Shown piece by piece: positions 18,821-28,985 of a stretch of 64,000 nucleotides of DNA (position 1 is the first letter of the stretch; every line of letters begins with the position of its first letter). Origin of the DNA: Promethearchaeota archaeon (GTDB taxonomy: Archaea; Asgardarchaeota; Lokiarchaeia; Sigyniarchaeales; SOKP01). The translations under genes and the position numbers were made by a program. The DNA lies in NCBI GenBank assembly GCA_016839555.1, contig JAEOUA010000011.1, forward strand, positions 128,001-192,000, given 5' to 3'. The notes below the pieces were generated by a model. That model was not told where the DNA came from. It saw nothing but the letters and a program-made list of their open reading frames with translations, and searched no databases.

Positions 18821-19915
18821 TTGACGGAAAAGTTTCGTGCGGTAATAGACAAAAATACATCATTGACAATGTATCAAAAGAAAAACCGATTCTATTGTAT
18901 TATCCGAAAAGATTTGGCAAAGAATTATGAAATTGAAGTAGATGCCTCTGAAGCTCCTATTTTAAACAAATTCTTAAAGGATCCGGATCCATACGAATCA
19001 AGTATGGCAGAAATCAAGATTTTAGAACAGGAAGTATTTCCAATAAATGAAACGACAAAGGAAATATTTGGAGAGGATAAAGGTCTTGAATTAAAAACCA
19101 TTAAATTGGGAATAGGAGGTAATATTACTGATTATGTGACAATAGGAGAGGAAGATCTTATTAAATTTGATGTAAAACCGACGCTTACAGGATTAATGAG
19201 TTTTATTGAAGAAAACAACGAAAGCATATTAGGGTTCCTCGATTGCAATTATATTAGAGAGGAAGGCAACGTAGAATATTTAAATTGCAGCAAAACAAAT
19301 CTTTCGGAAAATATTTATTCAATAAAATTGAAAATTCTTGCATCCATGCAACAGAGAGGCTATTATCTACAAGAAGAACATAAATATTATGGCCTTCAGC
19401 TTTATATTATCATAGAATCAAAGGTACCAAATGATGATAAATTATTGGAATTCTTAAAAGAACTAGGAATTGATTGGGAGTTAGTCTTTTTTAGAAGAAG
19501 GTTAGGAATCCACGACTGGACAGAAATAGAATGCGAATATAATTCTGATAATCTTAAAAGCTATTTGCGCGCCAAATTTGAAAGTCTCAATTATTTTGAT
19601 GTAAATAATATTAATCGGTTAATTACGAAAAATAATTTAGCATTTATAGTTGCTGATAAGATGGCATCATTATTAGATAAAATGAAGAGAGAACGCTCTT
19701 TTAAACTCGAAGGAAAAGAAATCAAACCATCCACATACAATATAAATGATTATAGTGGTGGGGATGAATATTCGAGAACTCTTAAAAAAGCAGAAATAGC
19801 GGCTGCGGCAAAACTCGCTTGTGCATATTTGGGTATTCAGAAGGAGATTAAATTTGACAGGGATGTCTCGGATGCAGAGATCCTAAAATATCAAGAAGAA
19901 TTAGCCAATATCTAA
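18821..19915 (+). CDS. Hypothetical protein (C-terminus possibly a degenerate zincin-like domain)
   Basis: 364-aa ORF with a TTG start; the family assignment is speculative. Confidence 0.7.
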   Translation: MTEKFRAVIDKNTSLTMYQKKNRFYCIIRKDLAKNYEIEVDASEAPILNKFLKDPDPYESSMAEIKILEQEVFPINETTKEIFGEDKGLELKTIKLGIGGNITDYVTIGEEDLIKFDVKPTLTGLMSFIEENNESILGFLDCNYIREEGNVEYLNCSKTNLSENIYSIKLKILASMQQRGYYLQEEHKYYGLQLYIIIESKVPNDDKLLEFLKELGIDWELVFFRRRLGIHDWTEIECEYNSDNLKSYLRAKFESLNYFDVNNINRLITKNNLAFIVADKMASLLDKMKRERSFKLEGKEIKPSTYNINDYSGGDEYSRTLKKAEIAAAAKLACAYLGIQKEIKFDRDVSDAEILKYQEELANI

Positions 19916-20258
19916 CTGTTTATTAACAAGAATTAATTTTACTTATTTAAAAATATCCTTTAATAATATCTACTAATTCTTTTAATCCATATTATAACCT
20001 ATCGTAGTTATTTATTTTTTTTTTGTTTAAGTCTTAATTCATTTTAAAATGAATGAAACTAAAATTTTAAAATTGAATTATTTAAGAAAAGGCTCTAAAG
20101 AATCGAATAATTATTCTCTATTTATTTTTTAAAATAATTTTTAAAAATTTGCTTCAATTTATTTAGTGGATTACTCTATTTTTTTAGTTTTTAACATATT
20201 TAAGAATAAATAATTAATTTTGTATGTTTAAAAATAGAAACATAAATTATAAAGGGGG

Positions 20259-20624
20259 GTGAAGATGTCGGAAGCTATTAAAGAAACAGAAGGTTCTGAA
20301 CTTGAAGAAGTAAAAGAAAAAGAAGAAATGACGGAAAGAATAATTTCACCAAGATTTTACCTTTGCGTAAAAGATAGTGGAAGGGGATATTCAGGAGAAA
20401 TTCATTTACCTGGAGTAGATAGAGAATTTATTACTCTACGGATGAATGAAAATTATTTATTAGTTACTGGTAAAACGGATAGCATTAAATACATAAGATC
20501 ATTTGGATTTGGTTGTCCAGTTGATCCTAAAACTGCCAAATCCAAATATAGGGAAGGCTTATTGACATTTGAAGTAGAATTCAAAGAGCCGGATCTCCGC
20601 ACAATTGATATAGAAGTTGCATAA
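20259..20624 (+). CDS. Hsp20/alpha-crystallin small heat-shock protein
   Basis: IHLPGVDRE, AKSKYREGLLTFEV and a C-terminal IDIEV (IxI/V) motif. Confidence 0.85.
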   Translation: MKMSEAIKETEGSELEEVKEKEEMTERIISPRFYLCVKDSGRGYSGEIHLPGVDREFITLRMNENYLLVTGKTDSIKYIRSFGFGCPVDPKTAKSKYREGLLTFEVEFKEPDLRTIDIEVA

Positions 20625-20687
20625 CTTCTTTTACTTCTCTTTTTTTAAAAATAGATCTATAATTCTATTAACAGTGCGATAAAAAAA

Positions 20688-20885
20688 ATGGATGAAAAAA
20701 AAGAAGAAATGAAAAATAAAAGTAAGCAAGATAAAGAAATAAAGAGAAGAATAATAATTAAACCATTTAAGGATTATAAAGTTCAAAAATGTATCGATCC
20801 TTATGATTTGTTGGCAGCTATCAATACAAATGATTCTAAAGATCAATTAAAAAGATGCCTAAATGATATGCTATTTATTCATTAA
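20688..20885 (+). CDS. Small hypothetical protein
   Basis: 65-aa ATG ORF downstream of hsp20. Confidence 0.45.
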   Translation: MDEKKEEMKNKSKQDKEIKRRIIIKPFKDYKVQKCIDPYDLLAAINTNDSKDQLKRCLNDMLFIH

Positions 20886-21060
20886 CTGCTTATTACAAAA
20901 AATTCTCTGCTGAAATAATCTTAGATAAAGTATATAAAAAATTATGAAATTTCAATAAGAGAAGTTCTATAATTTTTACTTTATTTATTTGGCATATCTT
21001 TTTTAAGATCTTATAATATCCATAAAAAATAAAAATATAAAATTTAAAAAATAAAGAGAT

Positions 21061-22056
21061 TTATTTTAATCCGAAAGATTCTTTCAACAATCTTTCATCC
21101 TGTTTTCCAACAGTTATCGTCTTTCCCGTTTTAATATTATTTACGGTATATATTGCGGGAGCAAACAATCCTGGATCTATTTTATAGAAATCATATTCCG
21201 ATTCCTTAAAAATTACATTAAAAGGTTGTCCATAGCTTGAAGAAGTACTTGCCGGTGCTTTTTGAAGAAGTTCAAACAATTCTGCCTCTTTTTCTTTATC
21301 TGCTTTAATTGTATAAAATGTTTGACCAACTGCAAACATAGCATCATTAGGTGGCCCCATTGCCGCGAAATCATCTTTAGCAACTGGTGCGACAGGCACA
21401 GTTCCATAGCCATCTTGAATAACTTCTAATGGAAAATGAATTTCATGTAATTTATGAATACCAGTTTCAACAATTCTAGCAGCAACTTGAATAGAGCCAG
21501 TAAGGCATGCAGTTGGTGCACATACAGCATATGTATCACTCACATCGACTTTACATTTTTCGGCAACTAATTCCATAACCTCCTCATTAGGTAATTTAGG
21601 GGTTTCGAATACTAGGACTGCACAATTTGAATCATCTTGGTATTCGATCTCATTAAATAATTTTTCAACTCTACTTTTCGCTCTCGCTGGACCCGAACCT
21701 AAAGACTGAAAGATGGTCTTTTTTTTCATTTCTCCATCTTTTTCCACTTCTTTTTTGATTTTTATACTCCATCCTGCTAATTGGGAGGCCATACAAGAGA
21801 TAATGGGAAATGAAGTATATACGTTAACGCTTGGTAAAAAATAAGTGTCTAGAGTATAAGTTGAAAATTCTACATTACCTAATCCCCCCATACATATCTC
21901 TCCAACCAGTTTTCCACCTTCCCAAGAAGCATTTTTCATACTCAACAAAGTTGCCCCGTTTTGCAATGTATGAACTTCTGCACCATAAAGATCTTTATGA
22001 TCTATTATTTTTTGAACAATATTTTTAGCTAAATCATTAACTTTTACGTGATGCAT
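21061..22056 (-). CDS. mch: Methenyl-H4MPT cyclohydrolase
   Basis: EICMGGLG, CMASQLAGW, GSGPARA, GSIQVAARIVETG and DFYKIDPGLFAPA, with a GGTGA SD. Confidence 0.95.
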   Translation of the reverse strand: MHHVKVNDLAKNIVQKIIDHKDLYGAEVHTLQNGATLLSMKNASWEGGKLVGEICMGGLGNVEFSTYTLDTYFLPSVNVYTSFPIISCMASQLAGWSIKIKKEVEKDGEMKKKTIFQSLGSGPARAKSRVEKLFNEIEYQDDSNCAVLVFETPKLPNEEVMELVAEKCKVDVSDTYAVCAPTACLTGSIQVAARIVETGIHKLHEIHFPLEVIQDGYGTVPVAPVAKDDFAAMGPPNDAMFAVGQTFYTIKADKEKEAELFELLQKAPASTSSSYGQPFNVIFKESEYDFYKIDPGLFAPAIYTVNNIKTGKTITVGKQDERLLKESFGLK

Positions 22057-22276
22057 CTATTATATTTCACCAATTTTTTTCTATTTATAACTTTTTAACA
22101 TTTTATCATTATTAAAATTTTTATAAATATAACAGTTCCAATTAAAAGTCTATTGATTTAATTAATGATACATTTTTATATTTCTTTTAAAAAAATTTAT
22201 GATATTTTATAGTTTTAGATTAATTTATTAATAAATATTTAGGAAAAAAAGTTTAAACATCCAAAGATTTTAAATT

Positions 22277-23788
22277 ATGGAAATGAATTCTATCTCAGAT
22301 AATTTTGAACAATTCTTCTCGGATTTTATCCAAATAAAACAATTTTTCTATGAGAATTATAACAAGAGTGAAAGTCCAGTGAAAATTTATACTCATTTAG
22401 ATGCTGATGGATTATCTTCCGGTGCTATTCTTGGTAAAGCACTATATCGCGAAAATATTCCTTTTCAAATTACTGTTATAAAACAATTAGAACGAGAAGA
22501 AATAAAGAAAATTGTTGCTCAAAGTGAGAAATTTAATAATTTTATAATATTTTCTGATTTTGGAAGTGGTCAATATTCCGTTCTCAAAGAATTATTAAAA
22601 AATCCCTTTATTATTTTGGATCACCATCTTCCTCAAGGAATTGCCAATAAAGATGAAATAGATGCATTGGAGGAAATTTACCTCGAAACTAAGCAGTGGC
22701 AAATTAATCCATACTTCTATGGGTTTGATGGTTCTAGTGAGATATCTGGATCGGGGGTATGCTACTATTTTACAAAATGCATTAATAAGAATAATAAGGA
22801 TCTTTCAGCAATCGCGCTTATTGGAGCTAATGGTGATGTACAAAATAAAGGACTTAATAAATCATTCACAGGAGTCAATGCAAAGATCCTTGAAGATGCT
22901 AAGGAAAGTAATTTAATCCAAGTTGTTGATGATATCAATTTTTCCCCAATTAGACCTTTAAATGAAGCATTAGCTTATTCTTCTGATATTAATTTGCCCG
23001 GTTTGAGCGGTGATGTAAATAAAAGTCTAAAATTTCTAAAAAAGCTTGGTATTTTAATGGAAAAACCTGACGGAACCATTAAAACTTTATTAGATTTAAA
23101 TCAATCTGAAAAACAAAAAATAACTTCAGCCATTATCGAATATGCTTCCTTGAAATTAAATATTGAACCCTATGAGATTCTTAATAACTTAATTGTAAAT
23201 AGATATTTATTAATAAATGAAGAAATGGGCTCTGAATTGCATGATATTAATGAGTTTTCACATTTATTAAATGCTTGTGGACGTTCTAATAATGCTTCAA
23301 TTGGAATTGCTATTGCGATGGGTGATAGAGAAAAAGCCTATCGACAAGCTCAAGAAAATCTTGCAGCATATAAAAAATCTCTTTCAGAGGCACTTTTATG
23401 GGTTAAAAAGGAGGATATAATACAAGAACTAGATTCTATCCAATATTTTTATGGTGAGGATATCATTCCAGAGACGATCATTGGTACCGTATGCTCGATG
23501 TTGATTTATGATGAGAGTAAAATAATTAAAAAAAGTAAACCGCTCTTTGGGTATGCAAAAAGAAAGGATGAACGCGTTTATAAAATTTCTGCAAGGGCTC
23601 ATGAGTCAATTGTAGAAAAAGGTGTGAATTTATCTGAGGCAATAAGAGAAGCATTACAACTCTCTAATCTAAACGCATTAGGAGGAGGTCATCCTCCCGC
23701 AGCAGGTACCACAGTTCCAATTGATAAAATTGATTTGTTTATTTCTAATTGTAATAAAGTTATAAAACAACAATTAGAAGAAAATTAA
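22277..23788 (+). CDS. DHH-family RecJ-like nuclease (GAN/Cdc45-related)
   Basis: HLDADG, DFGS, LDHH, LLNACGR, KISAR and GGGHPPAAG. Confidence 0.88.
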   Translation: MEMNSISDNFEQFFSDFIQIKQFFYENYNKSESPVKIYTHLDADGLSSGAILGKALYRENIPFQITVIKQLEREEIKKIVAQSEKFNNFIIFSDFGSGQYSVLKELLKNPFIILDHHLPQGIANKDEIDALEEIYLETKQWQINPYFYGFDGSSEISGSGVCYYFTKCINKNNKDLSAIALIGANGDVQNKGLNKSFTGVNAKILEDAKESNLIQVVDDINFSPIRPLNEALAYSSDINLPGLSGDVNKSLKFLKKLGILMEKPDGTIKTLLDLNQSEKQKITSAIIEYASLKLNIEPYEILNNLIVNRYLLINEEMGSELHDINEFSHLLNACGRSNNASIGIAIAMGDREKAYRQAQENLAAYKKSLSEALLWVKKEDIIQELDSIQYFYGEDIIPETIIGTVCSMLIYDESKIIKKSKPLFGYAKRKDERVYKISARAHESIVEKGVNLSEAIREALQLSNLNALGGGHPPAAGTTVPIDKIDLFISNCNKVIKQQLEEN

Positions 23789-25092
23789 ATTTTATATACT
23801 TCTCCATCCTCTGGCGCGACAGAATTGAAACCTTTTTCTGCTAATTGTTTAGCAAAAGTAATTGTCGCCTTATTATCTCCGTGAACGCAGAAGATTTCTT
23901 TTGAATTATTATTAAAATTTAAACTATCGATATAATTATGAAGTTCCTCTCCATCTGAATGACTGGAAAAATCATAATGCTTTATTTCACATTTGGCTTT
24001 AATGTTAATATCATAGTCGATATATGGATAGCTATGATGCTCTTTAAATTGAAAAATGCCCTCATCAAGCAATTGTCGTCCAGGAGTTCCTTCAACTTGA
24101 TACCCAATTAAAAAAATTGCTGAAGAGGGATCCTTTAATATAGGTCGTATATATTCCATAGCAGCGCCTCCTTTAAGCATCCCAGAAGGAGATACAATTA
24201 CACCATTAGATTTTTTTGCATATAATCTTTTTCTTCTACGATTTACAAAGTTCACATTTCTCATAGCCTTTCTATAATTATTTTTATTTTTTAATGAGTT
24301 GGGATAATCAAAATAGATTTTGGAAATTAAAGTTGCCAATCCATCAAGAAACAATTTCCCTTTATAATGATATTTATCTAAAATCATCAATGCTTCTTGA
24401 GATCGAGCAACACCAAACGCAGGAACTAAAACCTTACCTCCATTTTCAATGATATTTATGGTTCTCTCTACAAATTCTCTCTCAAGAGCAGCACGTGGAG
24501 GGTGTGCGCGTAATGCATAGGTTGATTCCATTATCGCAACATCAATTTCAGGAATATCATTAGGATTAGCTGAGTCTACGAGATTAGTTTTGATAGTATT
24601 TATATCTCCGGAATAAAATATCCGTTTTCCATCAACCTCAACTATAATTGAAACACTTCCTGGGACATGACCTGCATCATAAAAAGTAATATAAAACTTG
24701 GGGGCAATTTTTTGTTTAATACCGTTCTCAAGAAACTGTGAATATCTTATTAATTCATTAATTTCTTTTTTACCAAAAGGATATGGATAACTAGAGACTT
24801 TTAGCATATCATAAATAAGTTTTTCCACAATTTCTAACGTAACGGCATTTGTAAATAAAGGCGGTTTATTTCCATTCAAATAAAGAAATGGTAAAGCCCC
24901 AGAATGATCAATATGACAGTGGGTCAGTGCTACAGCTTTAAGACGAGATAAATTTGCTGCAATTGGCATCCTGTCCTCTTCATTAAAGCGTACTCCATAA
25001 TCAAGCACACATTGATCTCCTTGATTTGATTCTATTAGTATTGCAGATCTGCCAACTTCTCTACAGCTTCCAAGAAAGGATATCTTAACCAT
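23785..25092 (-). CDS. MBL-fold beta-CASP ribonuclease (aCPSF-like)
   Basis: LGSCREVGRS, THCHIDHSG, AGHVPGS, SGD, MESTY, FGVARSQE, FSSHSD and VHGD. Confidence 0.92.
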   Translation of the reverse strand: MVKISFLGSCREVGRSAILIESNQGDQCVLDYGVRFNEEDRMPIAANLSRLKAVALTHCHIDHSGALPFLYLNGNKPPLFTNAVTLEIVEKLIYDMLKVSSYPYPFGKKEINELIRYSQFLENGIKQKIAPKFYITFYDAGHVPGSVSIIVEVDGKRIFYSGDINTIKTNLVDSANPNDIPEIDVAIMESTYALRAHPPRAALEREFVERTINIIENGGKVLVPAFGVARSQEALMILDKYHYKGKLFLDGLATLISKIYFDYPNSLKNKNNYRKAMRNVNFVNRRRKRLYAKKSNGVIVSPSGMLKGGAAMEYIRPILKDPSSAIFLIGYQVEGTPGRQLLDEGIFQFKEHHSYPYIDYDINIKAKCEIKHYDFSSHSDGEELHNYIDSLNFNNNSKEIFCVHGDNKATITFAKQLAEKGFNSVAPEDGEVYKI

Positions 25093-25319
25093 AAAAAATA
25101 TACCTAATAAAATAAAGTTGAATTTTAATTCGAATTCTAATGTTATAAATAATTTATTAAAGAATAATTTTTCGATTGATGGGTCTAAAAATCTGCCTAT
25201 AAATAGAATTAGAGATAATTTTTTTCATCAATTTTTTAATATTGAATTTGAAAAAATTAAAAAAATCTTTTTCTTTATTTTAAAGAAAGAATTAAATAAA
25301 ACTATTATAAAATATATGG

Positions 25320-26198
25320 ATGAAAATGAGATTAAAAAGTAATGAAGATCAGGCAAAAATTGGAATTATAGGAGGTACAGGTTCGGATATTGAGCTGGAA
25401 AATGCTGAAGATATGAAAATATATACTCCTTATGGAAGACCTTCAGATATAATTAAGATTGGGTCTTTTAAAGGCAAAAAGGTAGCATTTTTATCAAGAC
25501 ATGGGACTGGACATGTAATTCCCCCTCATAAATTAAATTTCCGTGCTAATATTTGGGCGTTAAGTGAGCTTGGGGCAAAAATTATCATCTCTCCTTCTGC
25601 CGTAGGTTCTTTACGAAAAGAGCACCATAAGGGAAAATTTTTTTTAGTTGATCAATACATAGATAGAACTAAGAAACGATTTGATACTTTTTATGAGGGA
25701 GGACAAGTTTGCCATATCTCTCAGGAAGATCCCTATTGTTCCTATTTAAATAATCTTTTTTATGAAACTGGTTCTACAATTGAAGGACTTGATATTCAAA
25801 ATGGAGGTACCTATGTGTGCATTGAAGGTCCGAGATTTTCAACTAGAGCGGAATCAAAGATGTTTCGACAATGGGGAGGTGATATCATAGGAATGACGAC
25901 GTATCCAGAGGTGGTGCTTGCGTCTGAAAAACAAATTTGCTACTGTTGCATTGCAAGTGTAACTGATTTGGATGTCTGGGCGGGTGAATGCAAGAATTGT
26001 GGTGTGGTGGAATACGGGGAATCTTGTCCAAATTGCGGTGGACCTGTCCAAAAACTTGCGGTTGATGTGACTGAAATATTAGAAACAATGGAAGAAAATG
26101 CCAAACATCTAAAAAAATTATTAGAAATTACTATCCCTAAAATTGATACTGAACGAGATTGTGGATGTCACCATTCACTAACAGGAGCTCTCTTATAA
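25320..26198 (+). CDS. mtnP: S-methyl-5'-thioadenosine phosphorylase with a Zn-ribbon insertion
   Basis: IGIIGGTG, TPYG, RHG-x2-H-x-IPPH, SAVGSL, EGPRFSTRAES and GMT-x2-PE. Confidence 0.93.
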   Translation: MKMRLKSNEDQAKIGIIGGTGSDIELENAEDMKIYTPYGRPSDIIKIGSFKGKKVAFLSRHGTGHVIPPHKLNFRANIWALSELGAKIIISPSAVGSLRKEHHKGKFFLVDQYIDRTKKRFDTFYEGGQVCHISQEDPYCSYLNNLFYETGSTIEGLDIQNGGTYVCIEGPRFSTRAESKMFRQWGGDIIGMTTYPEVVLASEKQICYCCIASVTDLDVWAGECKNCGVVEYGESCPNCGGPVQKLAVDVTEILETMEENAKHLKKLLEITIPKIDTERDCGCHHSLTGALL

Positions 26199-26289
26199 TT
26201 TCTCCCATTCTTTTTCTTTAATCATCTTATTATTTATTTTTTAATAAAAATTATCCATTTTTTAAGGCTTTAATAGATAGGATTAAAAT

Positions 26290-27336
26290 TTATTGCTTAG
26301 ACTTTCGTGGGATTCTTTCATCTACAGGAAGTAATTTTCTGAATTCTTTATGTGGTTCCGTTTGGTACCAATAAGCTGTGCTACTCCAATCATCAGAGCG
26401 CTGGTTAGCATGTCCATGCTCAATTTTAACTTGTATATTTTTATGAAAATAAATCGGATCTTCAATATGATATCTATAATAGCTAATATGGCCACTCCAA
26501 TTTTCTCCACCAGGTAAAGTTACTCCAAAATAAGGAGAACAATAAAATTGTGAAGGGCACCAAGCGCCACAAAAATAATCTTCTGTACCGGTGCCATATA
26601 AAATTGTTTCTCCGTCGTCAATAATAATATAATCATCGCCTTCCCCTGGCCAATTTAGTTTTTTAGTTTTAAATAAATTATAGATATCTAAATGCATCCC
26701 CACATAATGACCCTCTCCCTCTGCCTCTAAAACTACATAATCTTCTTCATGGCTTATATTTTTCTTTAAGAAAAATTCAATTTTTTTTTTATTTTCATAT
26801 ATATTTCCTCGGCACGGATTTTCTCGATGCCATGTTGCATGAAATCTCCCATAATCTTTGTCTAGTTCTTTAAGTTCTTCATAATCTATATAATAATATA
26901 CTATCATTAGGTCTTTGGATTCATTTTCAAGCTCGATTTTTGCACGTTGAGAAAAAGGCATGGGAAAAAAACAATTAAAGCCCTTTCCATCCTCTGGACC
27001 ATTGGAAAAAGGAAGACTCCAGAAATTAACCGTTTTCCCGTGTCCAATACCAAAAAAATCGCCAATAGGTACCTCAACCGAGGGGTTTTTTTCACTGTCC
27101 CACCATATTCGAAGCACTGCTTTTCGAAGATAATCAGGATCAGGGCAAGCAAGAGTCATCCAGATATGTTTTATTAATCCAGCTCCTTGAATGTCGCAAA
27201 TTTGATAAGATTCATAAGATTTAATTGGAACATTGTCCATATTAGCCCCAGTTTTATCATAACTAGAAACTCTCTTTCTTTTTACATTTTTTTTAATTTT
27301 TGCTAATTCTTCCAAGGAATTATATCCAAAATTCAT
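26290..27336 (-). CDS. DUF2961 / GH172-like glycoside hydrolase
   Basis: RVSSYDKTGANMD, HIWMT, PIGDFFG, FPMPF, WPGEGD, GTGTEDYF and YWYQ. Confidence 0.88.
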   Translation of the reverse strand: MNFGYNSLEELAKIKKNVKRKRVSSYDKTGANMDNVPIKSYESYQICDIQGAGLIKHIWMTLACPDPDYLRKAVLRIWWDSEKNPSVEVPIGDFFGIGHGKTVNFWSLPFSNGPEDGKGFNCFFPMPFSQRAKIELENESKDLMIVYYYIDYEELKELDKDYGRFHATWHRENPCRGNIYENKKKIEFFLKKNISHEEDYVVLEAEGEGHYVGMHLDIYNLFKTKKLNWPGEGDDYIIIDDGETILYGTGTEDYFCGAWCPSQFYCSPYFGVTLPGGENWSGHISYYRYHIEDPIYFHKNIQVKIEHGHANQRSDDWSSTAYWYQTEPHKEFRKLLPVDERIPRKSKQ

Positions 27337-27459
27337 TTTTCTATACCTTTCATTCTAATTAATATTAAATTATTATTAGAAAAGTATTAAAAAAAATTAA
27401 CTCCCATCACATTAAAAATGAAAATCAATAATATAATAATAATTAAGAAAGAAAAAAGG

Positions 27460-28866
27460 TTATAAATTTAATTCTTTCAATTTCGCTTTAATCTCTTTTG
27501 TTCTTTCAGGAGTTAAATTATAAATTATTATAAATAATACTAATCCTATTAAGGTCAAAACCATAGGAATGAATGCGGTGTGTAATCTAATTCCAAATTT
27601 AGCCAAGTCTGATTGAGTGGTTAAGGCAGCATTAAATCCCGTAAGTTCATGCACAATTGCAAAAATTAAGCCTTGAGCAATTAAGGCAAATCTATTAAAG
27701 AACGCATATACTCCCATAAATGCTCCCTCTAAATGGAGCTTTGAATCGAGAACTGCTTCATCGATAGCGTCTGCCATAACTGGGTTTCGACCAATTCTTA
27801 ATGCACCGCCGCCAATACCCAAAAGAATTGCCGAAATTGTCATCCAAAGGAGGCTCTGAACAAACATAAATGGTAATAAAAAGATTGTGTTTAAAAACAC
27901 ACCTATTATTAACATCCTACGGTTATTATTTATTTTCTCGGAAAAAATTAACCATGGCCCAAGCGATATCAAAGCCCCTAATAAGAATCCCGCTAAAATA
28001 AAAATAGAGACTTCTGCTTCCGTTTCCAACACATATTTAGTTACATATTGAATAGATGCCGTTAAACTTGCTCCGATAATTGAATCTAAGAAAAAAATCA
28101 CGATGACCATAAGAAAATTTTTATGCTTTAATACAATCTTAATGCAATTCCAAAATGAAATCTGCTCCTTATATTCTTGCTGCTCCCTTATATATCGTTC
28201 TTTAAGAAGTTCTGATTCTTTATGACCCGGTATGAGTGTAAGAAAGATAACCAGATTTATTATTACGAATATCCACGCCATACTTGTATAAGATCCTCTG
28301 TCTCCATACTCTATTAGCATGGGAGGGATGATAAATCCCACAGCAGTTCCTACCAATGATAATGCCATTCGAATACCACCGGATCTCCTTCGTTGCTTAT
28401 CGGTTTTGAATTTGTCTGGATAAAGAGCAAAATGATTCAATGAACTTAATGTAAAAAAAAACTCATAAGAGCACGTGGTTATTAAAATCCATGCGAAATA
28501 AATCCACGCCCCTTCAACAGGATCAAGGTAAGGCGGACTGAATATTACTGCAAGTAATAAAATTGCAGGCACAGTACCAATCATAACCATGGGAAATCTC
28601 TTTCCATACTTTTTCCAAAATCTATTTGGGCGGTCCGTGAGATATCCTACTAGGGGGTCATTAGCAGAATTCCAAATGACGTAGAAAATATAACCCAGAG
28701 TTACGATCCAGATATTTAGCTTAACTTCTGTTTCCCAAAATAAAAAATAAAACGCGCCAAAAATACCATTAAAAACGTCATATATTAGATCTCCCATCCC
28801 AAAAGAGAACATTGACCCAAAAGATTCTTTATTTGCTTCATTAACGATTTCTTCTTTTTTTTCCAT
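27460..28866 (-). CDS. GPH/MelB-family MFS sugar transporter
   Basis: 12 TM segments, WNSANDPLVGYLTDR...YGKRFP and ADAIDE...EG. Confidence 0.9.
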   Translation of the reverse strand: MEKKEEIVNEANKESFGSMFSFGMGDLIYDVFNGIFGAFYFLFWETEVKLNIWIVTLGYIFYVIWNSANDPLVGYLTDRPNRFWKKYGKRFPMVMIGTVPAILLLAVIFSPPYLDPVEGAWIYFAWILITTCSYEFFFTLSSLNHFALYPDKFKTDKQRRRSGGIRMALSLVGTAVGFIIPPMLIEYGDRGSYTSMAWIFVIINLVIFLTLIPGHKESELLKERYIREQQEYKEQISFWNCIKIVLKHKNFLMVIVIFFLDSIIGASLTASIQYVTKYVLETEAEVSIFILAGFLLGALISLGPWLIFSEKINNNRRMLIIGVFLNTIFLLPFMFVQSLLWMTISAILLGIGGGALRIGRNPVMADAIDEAVLDSKLHLEGAFMGVYAFFNRFALIAQGLIFAIVHELTGFNAALTTQSDLAKFGIRLHTAFIPMVLTLIGLVLFIIIYNLTPERTKEIKAKLKELNL

Positions 28867-28985
28867 AATTTTTCCTCTCTATTAAGACCAACTTCTAAAT
28901 TAAAAAGATTTTTTGTAATAATATTTTGATGTTATTCTATTTAAGTGAATAGAAGAAGAATTAAGAAAATTTAAGGAGAAAAAAT

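Noticed and set aside
25118-25342. 74-aa N/K/F-rich ORF upstream of mtnP
   Set aside because: It is a low-complexity translation of an AT-rich divergent promoter region and overlaps the mtnP start.
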